Notes under the pieces: model-generated
What the model was told of the DNA's origin: nothing
Databases searched by the model: none
What the model saw: only the letters and a program-made list of their open reading frames with translations
Part shown: piece after piece, positions 37,417 through 44,593 of the stretch
How positions within the stretch are numbered: the first letter of the stretch is position 1
How the letters are laid out: each line of letters opens with the position of its first letter
Program-made: the position numbers and the translations under genes
Assembly (NCBI GenBank): GCA_042576705.1
Contig: JBHPEY010000001.1
Location: 1,045 to 65,044, forward strand
Reading direction: 5' to 3'
From: Nanobdellota archaeon
GTDB lineage: Archaea > Nanobdellota > Nanobdellia > Woesearchaeales > UBA11576
Length of the DNA: 64,000 nucleotides

Positions 37417-37449
37417 TTTTATTTTTCTTATATTTCATGAGGTGAGTTG

Positions 37450-37809
37450 ATGGCAAGCAGCAAGAAGATAAAGAAATTCTCCAAGAGCACGTTAGGGACA
37501 GGTGTTGAGACTGTCGCAGATTATGTTGACATATTCTCGCAGATGGTGACAGAGTACTTCAACCAGAGGTACAAGATAAAGAAGAAGGTCGAGGATGTCA
37601 AGAAAGGGATACAAGGGGCGTTATACAGTCTCAAGAGAGAGTTCCTCAAGAGCATGGTCGAGGCTTTGTTCCTGTTCACAGGGCTTGCTGCACTCATCGT
37701 GGGACTTGTACTCTTCCTGAACAGGTATGTGCCGCTAGAATACGTGTTTCTTGGGTATGGGTTTTTGGTGACTATAATTGTGCTCATCAAGACAAAGCTC
37801 AAGGCCTAA
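37450..37809 (+). CDS. two-TM membrane protein (YqjE/DUF1469-like architecture)
   Basis: This is a roughly 119-aa ORF. An amphipathic N-terminal half is followed by two adjacent TM helices (ALFLFTGLAALIVGLVLFL and VFLGYGFLVTIIVLI). The track start at 37447 is TTG. Confidence 0.45.
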   Translation: MASSKKIKKFSKSTLGTGVETVADYVDIFSQMVTEYFNQRYKIKKKVEDVKKGIQGALYSLKREFLKSMVEALFLFTGLAALIVGLVLFLNRYVPLEYVFLGYGFLVTIIVLIKTKLKA

Positions 37810-38270
37810 TAAATCTTCTTTCCTTTCATCTTGTTCCATTCATCGAACAGTGCGTCACATTCACGGATATTCAGCTGTTTCATGTGGACTATGTGTCTCT
37901 TAGGCTTTTTCTCCAGCACGTCGTAGATATCCTTGTCTGCAAAACCACCGCGCTTTGCATCATCTCTTGTGCTGCCGTAATAGACGGTCTTTATCCTTGC
38001 CCATATTATCGCACCTAGACACATAGGGCAGGGTTCGCATGAACTGTATAATTCACAGTCAGAAAGATCAAAACTCTTCAGTTTCCTTGATGCCTTGCGT
38101 ATTGTGTCTATCTCAGCATGTTCTGTAGGGTCGTTTGTCTTGAGGACACGGTTGTGCCCCTTTGCAATCACCTTTCCGTTCCGAACAATGACTGCCCCAA
38201 ACGGACCGCCTTCTTTTTTCTTCATCCCTTTTCTCGCTTCATCGACAGCGAGACGCATAAACTCTTCCAT
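37806..38270 (-). CDS. CDA-family nucleoside/guanine deaminase
   Basis: The zinc motifs HAEIDTI and CEPCPMCLGAI are present. The start at MEEFMRLAVDEAR is about 26 nt from the shared TATA. Confidence 0.85.
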   Translation of the reverse strand: MEEFMRLAVDEARKGMKKKEGGPFGAVIVRNGKVIAKGHNRVLKTNDPTEHAEIDTIRKASRKLKSFDLSDCELYSSCEPCPMCLGAIIWARIKTVYYGSTRDDAKRGGFADKDIYDVLEKKPKRHIVHMKQLNIRECDALFDEWNKMKGKKIY

Positions 38271-38292
38271 AGGGTGACCAATCATAGCAGGA

Positions 38293-38300
38293 TTTAAATA
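38293..38300. promoter_or_regulatory. shared palindromic TATA box between divergent genes
   Basis: TTTAAATA (within ATTTAAAT) is centred about 26.5 nt from both the deaminase ATG (38270, minus) and the ribL-like ATG (38323, plus). Confidence 0.5.
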
Positions 38301-38322
38301 GTTTTCCAGACAGGCTGAAATC

Positions 38323-38745
38323 ATGGCAGAAGTTTCAAAGAAAGTGCTGGCGTTCGGGACATATGACTTGTTCCACCCAGGGCATGAGTTCTTTCTGAAG
38401 AAGTGTGCGGAGCTTGGTGAGCTCTATGTTGTGGTTGCGTTGGATTCTACTGTCAAGCACCTGAAAGGGGCTGCGCCTAAAAACCCGCAGGAAGTCAGGC
38501 TTGCTAAGCTGCAGTCAGTCAGTTACGTGAAAGAGGCTGTGCTTGGGAATGAAGGTGACAAATATGCTGTTATCGAGGATATCGAGCCGGACATCATATG
38601 CCTCGGGTATGACCAGGTCAGCTTCACGGATCATCTTGAGAAGGCGCTGAATGAGCGCGGGCTCTATCCTCGGATAGTACGGGTCGAGGAGAGCCACGAG
38701 CCGCACAGGTACAAGTCCTCGCTGCTGAAAGGCGGGCAGGACTAA
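38323..38745 (+). CDS. cytidylyltransferase-fold enzyme, RibL-like FAD synthase
   Basis: VLAFGTYDLFHPGHEFFLKKCAELGELYVVVALD carries the (T/H)xGH nucleotidyltransferase motif. The length and layout resemble archaeal RibL. Confidence 0.6.
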   Translation: MAEVSKKVLAFGTYDLFHPGHEFFLKKCAELGELYVVVALDSTVKHLKGAAPKNPQEVRLAKLQSVSYVKEAVLGNEGDKYAVIEDIEPDIICLGYDQVSFTDHLEKALNERGLYPRIVRVEESHEPHRYKSSLLKGGQD

Positions 38746-38825
38746 TCTTAAATGCGGGTAAACTATTGTTTGGTGTGGGTTGTGTTGCCAAACTTTTAAG
38801 TAATATAGACGTCTTATATTGCAAT

Positions 38826-39116
38826 ATGTCAAAGAACGCAGAGCGCACGATATACCTCTATGCAGATGGAAGTGTCACTGAGAGCAGGCTGGACTGTTTC
38901 GAGCCTATACTGCAGTACCAGCTTACGCGGGACGCGAAGCGCAAGACAATGGGTGGCGAACGACCAGTGAGCGCGGTATATCGCAGGAATGGCGTGACCC
39001 TTGATGAGATAAGGTATGCGTTTGACAGGAGCGACATCGGAGAGCTGGAGAGGAAGGCTGTCCTAGGTGAGCTCGAGGATGCCGGTGGAATTCAGGATCA
39101 GGATTATGCTCAATAG
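38826..39116 (+). CDS. hypothetical protein
   Basis: The ATG start gives MSKNAERTIYLY, within ORF 38766..39116. I recognise no motif. Confidence 0.4.
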   Translation: MSKNAERTIYLYADGSVTESRLDCFEPILQYQLTRDAKRKTMGGERPVSAVYRRNGVTLDEIRYAFDRSDIGELERKAVLGELEDAGGIQDQDYAQ

Positions 39117-39124
39117 GTGATGAC

Positions 39125-39358
39125 ATGAAAGCTAAGATATACACAAAGGTCGGATGCCCTTATTGCACACGGGCAAAGCAGATGCTTGCTGATAAGGATG
39201 TTGAGTTCGAGGAGATCGTGCTTTCTGACGCTGCAGAGTTCGAGAAGTTGAAGCAGGAGACCAATCACATGACTGTGCCTCAGGTGTTTATCGACGGAGA
39301 ATTCATTGGCGGAAGCGATGATCTAGAAGATTGGTTCAATAAGAAAGAAAAGGATTAG
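39125..39358 (+). CDS. glutaredoxin
   Basis: MKAKIYTKVGCPYCTRAKQML...VPQVFIDGEFIGGSDDL contains the CPYC active site and the TVP/GG motifs. Confidence 0.85.
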   Translation: MKAKIYTKVGCPYCTRAKQMLADKDVEFEEIVLSDAAEFEKLKQETNHMTVPQVFIDGEFIGGSDDLEDWFNKKEKD

Positions 39359-39807
39359 TGGCTGTATTGCGCCTGGGGACTTAACTTATCAAGCCTTTTC
39401 CTCAGGTCCTCGATAGGATTCTTTATTCTTGTATCATACCGCAGGTTGCCGCTGACCACATACTGCGCGAGCCTTTCCAGGACAGGCCTGGCGTGGACAT
39501 CTGTACCATACTCAGCAAGCAGTTCCACCGCACATATCTGCCTGTCTGACATATCCTCCTTCAGCGAATCCACGACAATCCCTTCGAGAAGCCTGAGAGC
39601 CTCATCAGGGCTTCGTCTAAGGCTCCTTATGATCACCTGTTGGGTCTGAGCAAATGTAAGGGTTGTCGCTGCCTTGAGATAGTCCGTCCTGGACTTTGTA
39701 TCTTCAGCAACCCCTGCCCTGGTGTAGACAGCATCGAGAATAAGCCTGTCTGTCTTGCCATTGACGCCATTATGGCCGTTTGTACCATTAGATGTATGAG
39801 TATACAT
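39355..39807 (-). CDS. hypothetical protein
   Basis: This is a 150-aa ORF. The track start at 39819 is TTG; the first ATG is at 39807. It looks helical and has no motif I recognise. Confidence 0.45.
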   Translation of the reverse strand: MYTHTSNGTNGHNGVNGKTDRLILDAVYTRAGVAEDTKSRTDYLKAATTLTFAQTQQVIIRSLRRSPDEALRLLEGIVVDSLKEDMSDRQICAVELLAEYGTDVHARPVLERLAQYVVSGNLRYDTRIKNPIEDLRKRLDKLSPQAQYSH

Positions 39808-39928
39808 AGTTACCACCAATGATGATAAGACTGGTATGCTTAAAAAGGTATTTACTGCTTATTTTGCTTAACCCGTTTAAAAAGGTATTTTTTCACTGGA
39901 AAGCTAAAATTGCCTTTATAGCAGATTT

Positions 39929-40372
39929 CTATTCCAGGAGGTCCCTCAGTGCGAGAAGCTTTGCCTTGTGTTCCAGCTCCTTATCTGATATGATGCGGAA
40001 CAGACGCTTGACCTCTGGGAACAGGGTGTTGTTCGAGATGTGCTCATAGTACTCTATGTCTGCGTTGACCTCGTCTATGCAGAGCTTTATGATATCTAAT
40101 GCGCCGGGCTTATCTGTAATTCCTTTCAATATCTTATCATCTATCTCGAATTGGGGTGTGGAGAACTTTATGGCGAGACCGAACTTGATTATAGAATGGA
40201 GATTGAGGTGCTTCAGGGTGTGCATGTCCTTCTTCGTGTCTTCTGCGAGCATGAAGAAGAAGTCCTTCAGCACCTGGTCTTTCGCTTCCTGGCGGAGGCG
40301 GACGTACATGTCGAATGACTTTTCCTCTCTCTTGAGTGCCTCGTATACTGCACCGCGCATCGCAGCGATCAT
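39929..40372 (-). CDS. ferritin-like/rubrerythrin-family domain protein (tentative)
   Basis: It has the periodicity of a four-helix bundle with E-rich pairs (ALKREEKSF, LAEDTKKDMH, DIEYYEH, DKELEHKAKL) suggestive of a diiron E...ExxH pattern. Confidence 0.45.
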   Translation of the reverse strand: MIAAMRGAVYEALKREEKSFDMYVRLRQEAKDQVLKDFFFMLAEDTKKDMHTLKHLNLHSIIKFGLAIKFSTPQFEIDDKILKGITDKPGALDIIKLCIDEVNADIEYYEHISNNTLFPEVKRLFRIISDKELEHKAKLLALRDLLE

Positions 40373-40468
40373 GCTTGGTTCACCTCTTTATATGTGGTTT
40401 GAGGGATTCTTGGTTTATAATTGTTGTGGTCCGCAAAGTATAAATATGCCTGTTTTCCTTGTTCCTGC

Positions 40469-40798
40469 ATGACGCACAAGAAGAGTTCGTCTTATGAGAA
40501 TGTTGAAGGGAAGGTCGAGCAGTACCAGTCACGTGAGTTCTGCAATTCAATAGGGTGTGTCGTGCAGATGGAGATGAATTCTCATGAGAAAGGGAGTGAT
40601 TCCTATGAACAGCTCAAGGAGATGTGTCGTGCAGACTGCAGTCATTCACGGCATGCTTTCATGCAGTGGTTAGGTTCAGAAGGGTATCGCTATCAGGGGA
40701 ATGGTTCTGATGAGATACGTTGTGATGCGCGGACTGCTTATGCTTATCATCAATGGCTCTCTGCGAAGGGAGTGAAGATAGTGAGGGATCTTGAATGA
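40469..40798 (+). CDS. hypothetical Cys/His-rich protein translationally coupled to CYTH gene
   Basis: The start is MTHKKSSSYE. An internal duplicated motif is HAFMQWLGSEGY / YAYHQWLSAKGV. Its stop overlaps the CYTH ATG (ATGA at 40795-40798). Confidence 0.45.
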   Translation: MTHKKSSSYENVEGKVEQYQSREFCNSIGCVVQMEMNSHEKGSDSYEQLKEMCRADCSHSRHAFMQWLGSEGYRYQGNGSDEIRCDARTAYAYHQWLSAKGVKIVRDLE

Positions 40799-41328
40799 GC
40801 CATATCGAGGTCGAGGTGCGGAGTTTTATTACACGGGAGCAGTATGATACGCTGATACAGTTCTTTCGTCAGGAGTCGCGGGCGTTCTCTGTTGATGATC
40901 AGGTCACTCATTATTTCAATGCGCCAGTCGATGTTCGGATACAGAAGAATTCTTTTGGGTCTAAGATGTGGCTGAAGAAGGGGAAGATGCATGATGAGCA
41001 TCGCGAGGAGGTCGAGGTGCGTTTTGACCGCGAGGATTTTGATAATCTTGAGAAGATGTTTTTGCTTATGGGTTATGGTGTGAAGGTGAAGTGGTTCCGT
41101 AAGAGGCATACTTTCTTCTGGAAGGGTTTTGAGGTGTCTGTTGATGATAACAAGGGGTATGGGCATATCCTGGAGATCGAGAAGAAATCTACATCTAAGG
41201 GTAAGATGAAGGCGTTGAAGGAAGTGAAGGGTGCTTTCAAGAAATTGGGTATTGCTGTTACGCCTAAGAAGACTTTTGATGAGAAGTATCAGTATTATCT
41301 GAAACATTGGGAGAAGTTGACGAGATAG
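40795..41328 (+). CDS. CYTH-domain protein (CyaB-type class IV adenylyl cyclase / triphosphatase family)
   Basis: The N-terminal EVEVR (ExExK-like) strand, REEVEVR and GHILEIE motifs are spaced as in CYTH tunnel enzymes. Confidence 0.7.
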   Translation: MSHIEVEVRSFITREQYDTLIQFFRQESRAFSVDDQVTHYFNAPVDVRIQKNSFGSKMWLKKGKMHDEHREEVEVRFDREDFDNLEKMFLLMGYGVKVKWFRKRHTFFWKGFEVSVDDNKGYGHILEIEKKSTSKGKMKALKEVKGAFKKLGIAVTPKKTFDEKYQYYLKHWEKLTR

Positions 41329-41334
41329 TTTTTT

Positions 41335-41624
41335 GAATTCTTAATTCAGCTTTGGTATTTGTTGTAGAAGTTGGTTTGACAATAGATATTGTAGGAGCAC
41401 CAAAGCTGATCTGTCGTTTGGCGGTATTGGATGAGCCAAGCCTGGTGTGGGATTTTTTTGCTGCTTTAAGTGAATTTGATTAGGCAGCAGCCATTGCAAC
41501 CGTTCGGTTGCAGGGTTGTCTGCGGCTGACGCCTTAGCCAACTTTCGGTAAATGAACGATATAGGGAGGAGGGCCTTCGGCCAAATAGAATGACAGACAG
41601 TCTTAGAACCTGAGTTCTTGGGGG
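41335..41624 (+). repeat. composite intergenic element (A + GCTGC hairpin + inserted B + C)
   Basis: Module A arms lie at 41335-41356 and 41397-41409, followed by gtattggatgagccaagcctgg. The hairpin is gctgctttaag..ttaggcagcagc. Module B spans 41493-41542 and module C spans 41551-41624. The element starts 7 nt after the CYTH stop. Confidence 0.8.
41493..41542 (+). mobile_element. module-B two-hairpin mini-element (inside composite)
   Basis: The sequence attgcaaccgttcggttgcagggttgtctgcggctgacgccttagccaac lies between the GCTGC hairpin and module C. It is absent from that position in the copies at 9441 and 62830. Confidence 0.6.
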
Positions 41625-41644
41625 TGGCGGGTTATACAGAAAGC

Positions 41645-41652
41645 TTTAAAAA
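41645..41652 (+). promoter_or_regulatory. TATA-box candidate for tRNA-Tyr
   Basis: TTTAAAAA is centred about 28 nt upstream of tRNA position 1. Confidence 0.45.
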
Positions 41653-41676
41653 GACCCTATAGTTCACTGAATCCAT

Positions 41677-41836
41677 CCCTGCGTAGCATAATGGTGGTGC
41701 GTCCGGCTGTAGCTAATACAGCACCCGCAGACAAGGCACGTTGCCATGGAGGAAAGCGGGACAGCAGTCACCGGAAGGTTGCTGGTTCAAAACAGCGGAT
41801 CAGAAATGGTCTGTTGGGAGATTCCGGCCGCAGGGA
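41677..41836 (+). tRNA. tRNA-Tyr (anticodon GTA) with two introns (anticodon loop ~57 nt; T-loop ~31 nt)
   Basis: The acceptor is CCCTGCG/CGCAGGG with discriminator A, and the D arm is GCAT-AATGGTG-GTGC. The anticodon stem is TCCGG...CCGGA with loop CT-GTA-G[intron]A. The T stem is GCTGG/CCGGC enclosing TTCAAA[31 nt]T. Exons sum to 72 nt. Confidence 0.75.
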
Positions 41837-41837
41837 T

Positions 41838-41845
41838 GTTTTTTT
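41838..41845 (+). terminator. oligo-T terminator after tRNA-Tyr
   Basis: A run of 7 T immediately follows the discriminator base, matching the archaeal oligo-T termination signal. Confidence 0.5.
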
Positions 41846-41905
41846 ATCACTTCTGAGTAGTTATAAAGCGAAAGGTTTATAAAGTGTCAGTCGGCCATAT
41901 ACGCC

Positions 41906-42781
41906 ATGGATTCAGAACGTTTTTTCAAAGAGATATCCGCAAAAGTATTGGAATGTGGTAGGCACTCTCTTGATATCCAGGAGGGAATACGGTCTTTGGA
42001 AAAAGATGAGGATCCTGAGAACCAGGCCGCAAGTGCTTTGACAGAGGCAGATATCAAGGTCCAGGAGGAACTGTTACGATATTTCTTGGATCAAGGATAT
42101 GACTTCAAGATATTTGCTGAAGAGGACACCAGATATGTGGACGAGTTTCCTGAAGAAGGAGACACTCTTGTAAGTCTGGATCCAGTCGATGGTACTTTAG
42201 CATACAAAAACAATCTTCCTAATTTCTGCACGGTACTTGCAGTCTATGAAAAAGGATGTCTGGACGGTGTCATGGTCCATACGCCTGCTTTCGGGAAATT
42301 TTATTGTGCAACGCAAGATGTGGAGAACAGTTGGGTGTGGACACCTACTGAATCAGGAGAATTTTTGAGAGAAGATTTTGTCTACGTCCCAAAATGTGAT
42401 AAGGTCGTCCTCACATACAACCCGAAGAAGATTGATCCAGAGGGTAAACAAGCAGAGAAATTGGATCAGTTGCGAGAATCCGGCTTCGAGGTCCATGAAA
42501 TTGATAAGAAAGGAAAGATGGACCCGAATATAGGGATAAATTCAATACTTAGAGGTGAGATTTCAGCTTACTTCAGATCAAATGTCCCTTGCTTGGATTG
42601 GGGACCCATATCCTTGATAATGGAAAAGGCAGGAGGTGTGGTAAGCGATTACCAAGGACGAAATCCCGACCTGCACAGATATTGGGGCAGGACAGACGGC
42701 GCGAAAGATTCAAGACTTCAGTCAATCATAGTATCAGGAAACTCAACAATACATAATACGCTAGTGGACATACTGAGATAA
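41906..42781 (+). CDS. inositol-monophosphatase/FBPase-family phosphatase
   Basis: The motifs EADIKVQEELL, FAEED and LVSLDPVDGTLAY (the DP-x-DGT metal site) are present, and WGPIS is the WD-like motif. TTTATAAA lies about 26 nt upstream. Confidence 0.8.
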   Translation: MDSERFFKEISAKVLECGRHSLDIQEGIRSLEKDEDPENQAASALTEADIKVQEELLRYFLDQGYDFKIFAEEDTRYVDEFPEEGDTLVSLDPVDGTLAYKNNLPNFCTVLAVYEKGCLDGVMVHTPAFGKFYCATQDVENSWVWTPTESGEFLREDFVYVPKCDKVVLTYNPKKIDPEGKQAEKLDQLRESGFEVHEIDKKGKMDPNIGINSILRGEISAYFRSNVPCLDWGPISLIMEKAGGVVSDYQGRNPDLHRYWGRTDGAKDSRLQSIIVSGNSTIHNTLVDILR

Positions 42782-42822
42782 AATCAATCCCGACTCTCCC
42801 CTAAAACCCTAACCTCTACTGC

Positions 42823-42843
42823 CCGGCCGCAGGGATGTTTTTT
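42823..42843 (+). repeat. 21-nt direct repeat of the tRNA-Tyr 3' end plus trailer
   Basis: ccggccgcagggatgtttttt is identical to 41824-41844, which comprises the T-stem 3' strand, acceptor 3' strand, discriminator and oligo-T trailer of tRNA-Tyr. Confidence 0.7.
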
Positions 42844-42911
42844 CTTTTTGAGCCTTTTTAGCCCTTTTTAAAGCGATATTTTATAAGCAGGCTGTTGTCT
42901 TTTTTTGCATC

Positions 42912-44459
42912 ATGGAAGATTTCGAGAAACTCGGTCTGTCAGACCATACAATCTCTGCTATCAAGCGAAAAGGCTATCTGAAGCCAACTCAGATTCAGGA
43001 GATGGCAATACCTCTTCTTCTGGAAGGCAAGGTGGATGTAGTCGCACAGTCACAGACAGGGACAGGAAAGACTGCCAGCTTTGCACTGCCGATAATCGAA
43101 TTGGCGGAGCCTCGCGCAGGCTATGTCCAGGCAATCATACTAACACCTACCAGAGAGCTTGCACTGCAGGTCTCTGAGGATTTTGAATCACTAAGCGCAA
43201 AAAAACTGAAAGTGCTTGCGATATACGGCGGTGCTTCAATAAACAAACAGATAAATGCGCTGAAGCGGGGGATAGATATCGTTGTCGGGACACCCGGGCG
43301 GATCATGGACCTCATGGAGCGGGGAAACCTCGACATATTCGATGTCAGTTTTGTCGTGCTTGACGAGGCTGACGAGATGCTCGACATGGGATTTGTCGAT
43401 GATATCAAGCACATACTCAGCCACACAGGCAAGGACAAAAGGATGCTGCTCTTCTCTGCTACAATGCCTCGCGAAGTCCTGGGAATAGCAAAGAGATTCA
43501 TGCGCGAGCATAAGATCATCAAGACAGAAGAGCTCATGGTGCGACGCACCGAGCATGTGCGCTATGATGTGAATGCAAAGGACAGGTACGACGCCCTCCG
43601 GAGGATCATAGCGATAAACCCTGATTTCTACGGGCTCATCTTCTGCCAGACAAAAAGTGACGTGGATGTCCTTGTCCGAAAGCTCGTCGAGGATAAATAC
43701 CACGCAGCAGCGATCCATGGGAACTTCTCACAGGGACAACGTGAGAATATACTCATGCAGTTCAAGAAGAGGAAGATGACAATCCTTGTGGCTACAGATG
43801 TCGCGGCAAGAGGAATTGACATAGACGACATAACTCACGTGATAAACTATTCCATGCCGCGGACCCCTGAAGCATACCTGCACAGGACAGGCAGGACAGG
43901 CCGTGCCGGAAAAGAAGGGGTCGGGATGACTTTTGTCATACCATCTGAGCGGCGGAAACTCAGGGCTGTAGAGAAATATATCGGCAAAGAACTTAAGAGG
44001 ACCAAACTTCCTTCAGCAGATGCGGTGATCGATATGAAAAAGCTCCAGATAAAGACAATCATTGAAAAGATACTCGAGAAGAAGTCGGGAGGATTTGAAT
44101 CGACAGCAAAAGAGCTTCTTGCAGACCACCCTCCTGAAAAGGTCGTGGCAGCAGTGCTCAAGTATGCTTTCAGGGAAGAGCTGGAGAGGATAGGCCGCAG
44201 GAACATACCCACAGCTGCTGAACCTAAGAGAGAATCACGTGAAGGTCGTGGTGGACAAGGTGGGAAGCACACATTAAGATTCAAAAAAGGCAGGTTTGAA
44301 CTGTCTGACCGGAGATCATCTGGCAGTCCAAGACATTCGGACAGCAAGGTCAGGGATAAGAAGAAGTATGGTCGGTCAGGAGATGGCGGGCCAAGGAAGT
44401 TCAAGAAAGGCAAAGGGAAGAAAGGCAAGAAAAGGTCTTTCAGCCGTAACAGATACTGA
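42912..44459 (+). CDS. DEAD-box RNA helicase (DeaD/CsdA-like) with basic C-terminal tail
   Basis: Motifs are the Q motif GYLKPTQIQ, SQTGTGKTASF, PTRELA, VLDEADEML, SAT, ATDVAARGIDI and HRTGRTGRAG. A DeaD-type C-terminal extension and a K/R/G tail follow. Confidence 0.9.
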   Translation: MEDFEKLGLSDHTISAIKRKGYLKPTQIQEMAIPLLLEGKVDVVAQSQTGTGKTASFALPIIELAEPRAGYVQAIILTPTRELALQVSEDFESLSAKKLKVLAIYGGASINKQINALKRGIDIVVGTPGRIMDLMERGNLDIFDVSFVVLDEADEMLDMGFVDDIKHILSHTGKDKRMLLFSATMPREVLGIAKRFMREHKIIKTEELMVRRTEHVRYDVNAKDRYDALRRIIAINPDFYGLIFCQTKSDVDVLVRKLVEDKYHAAAIHGNFSQGQRENILMQFKKRKMTILVATDVAARGIDIDDITHVINYSMPRTPEAYLHRTGRTGRAGKEGVGMTFVIPSERRKLRAVEKYIGKELKRTKLPSADAVIDMKKLQIKTIIEKILEKKSGGFESTAKELLADHPPEKVVAAVLKYAFREELERIGRRNIPTAAEPKRESREGRGGQGGKHTLRFKKGRFELSDRRSSGSPRHSDSKVRDKKKYGRSGDGGPRKFKKGKGKKGKKRSFSRNRY

Positions 44460-44556
44460 GAATCTATCATCCACTTTTTCTTAAGGCAAGATTTATAAGT
44501 CTGGATTGCTTAAAAATATGACGTTCTAAGGGATAGAATGACTGTTGTGCGAAATG

Positions 44557-44564
44557 TTTATAAT
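44557..44564 (+). promoter_or_regulatory. archaeal-type TATA-box candidate upstream of the sigma70-like gene
   Basis: TTTATAAT is centred about 24 nt upstream of the GTG at 44585 and about 33 nt upstream of the ATG at 44594. This is the same geometry as at neighbouring archaeal genes. Confidence 0.4.
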
Positions 44565-44593
44565 GTCCTTCGCATTCTTTTTCTGTGTTCGAG

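Noticed and set aside
41691-41882. 63-aa + strand ORF
   Set aside because: It lies entirely over the intron-containing tRNA-Tyr gene and its trailer, so it is a translation of an RNA gene.
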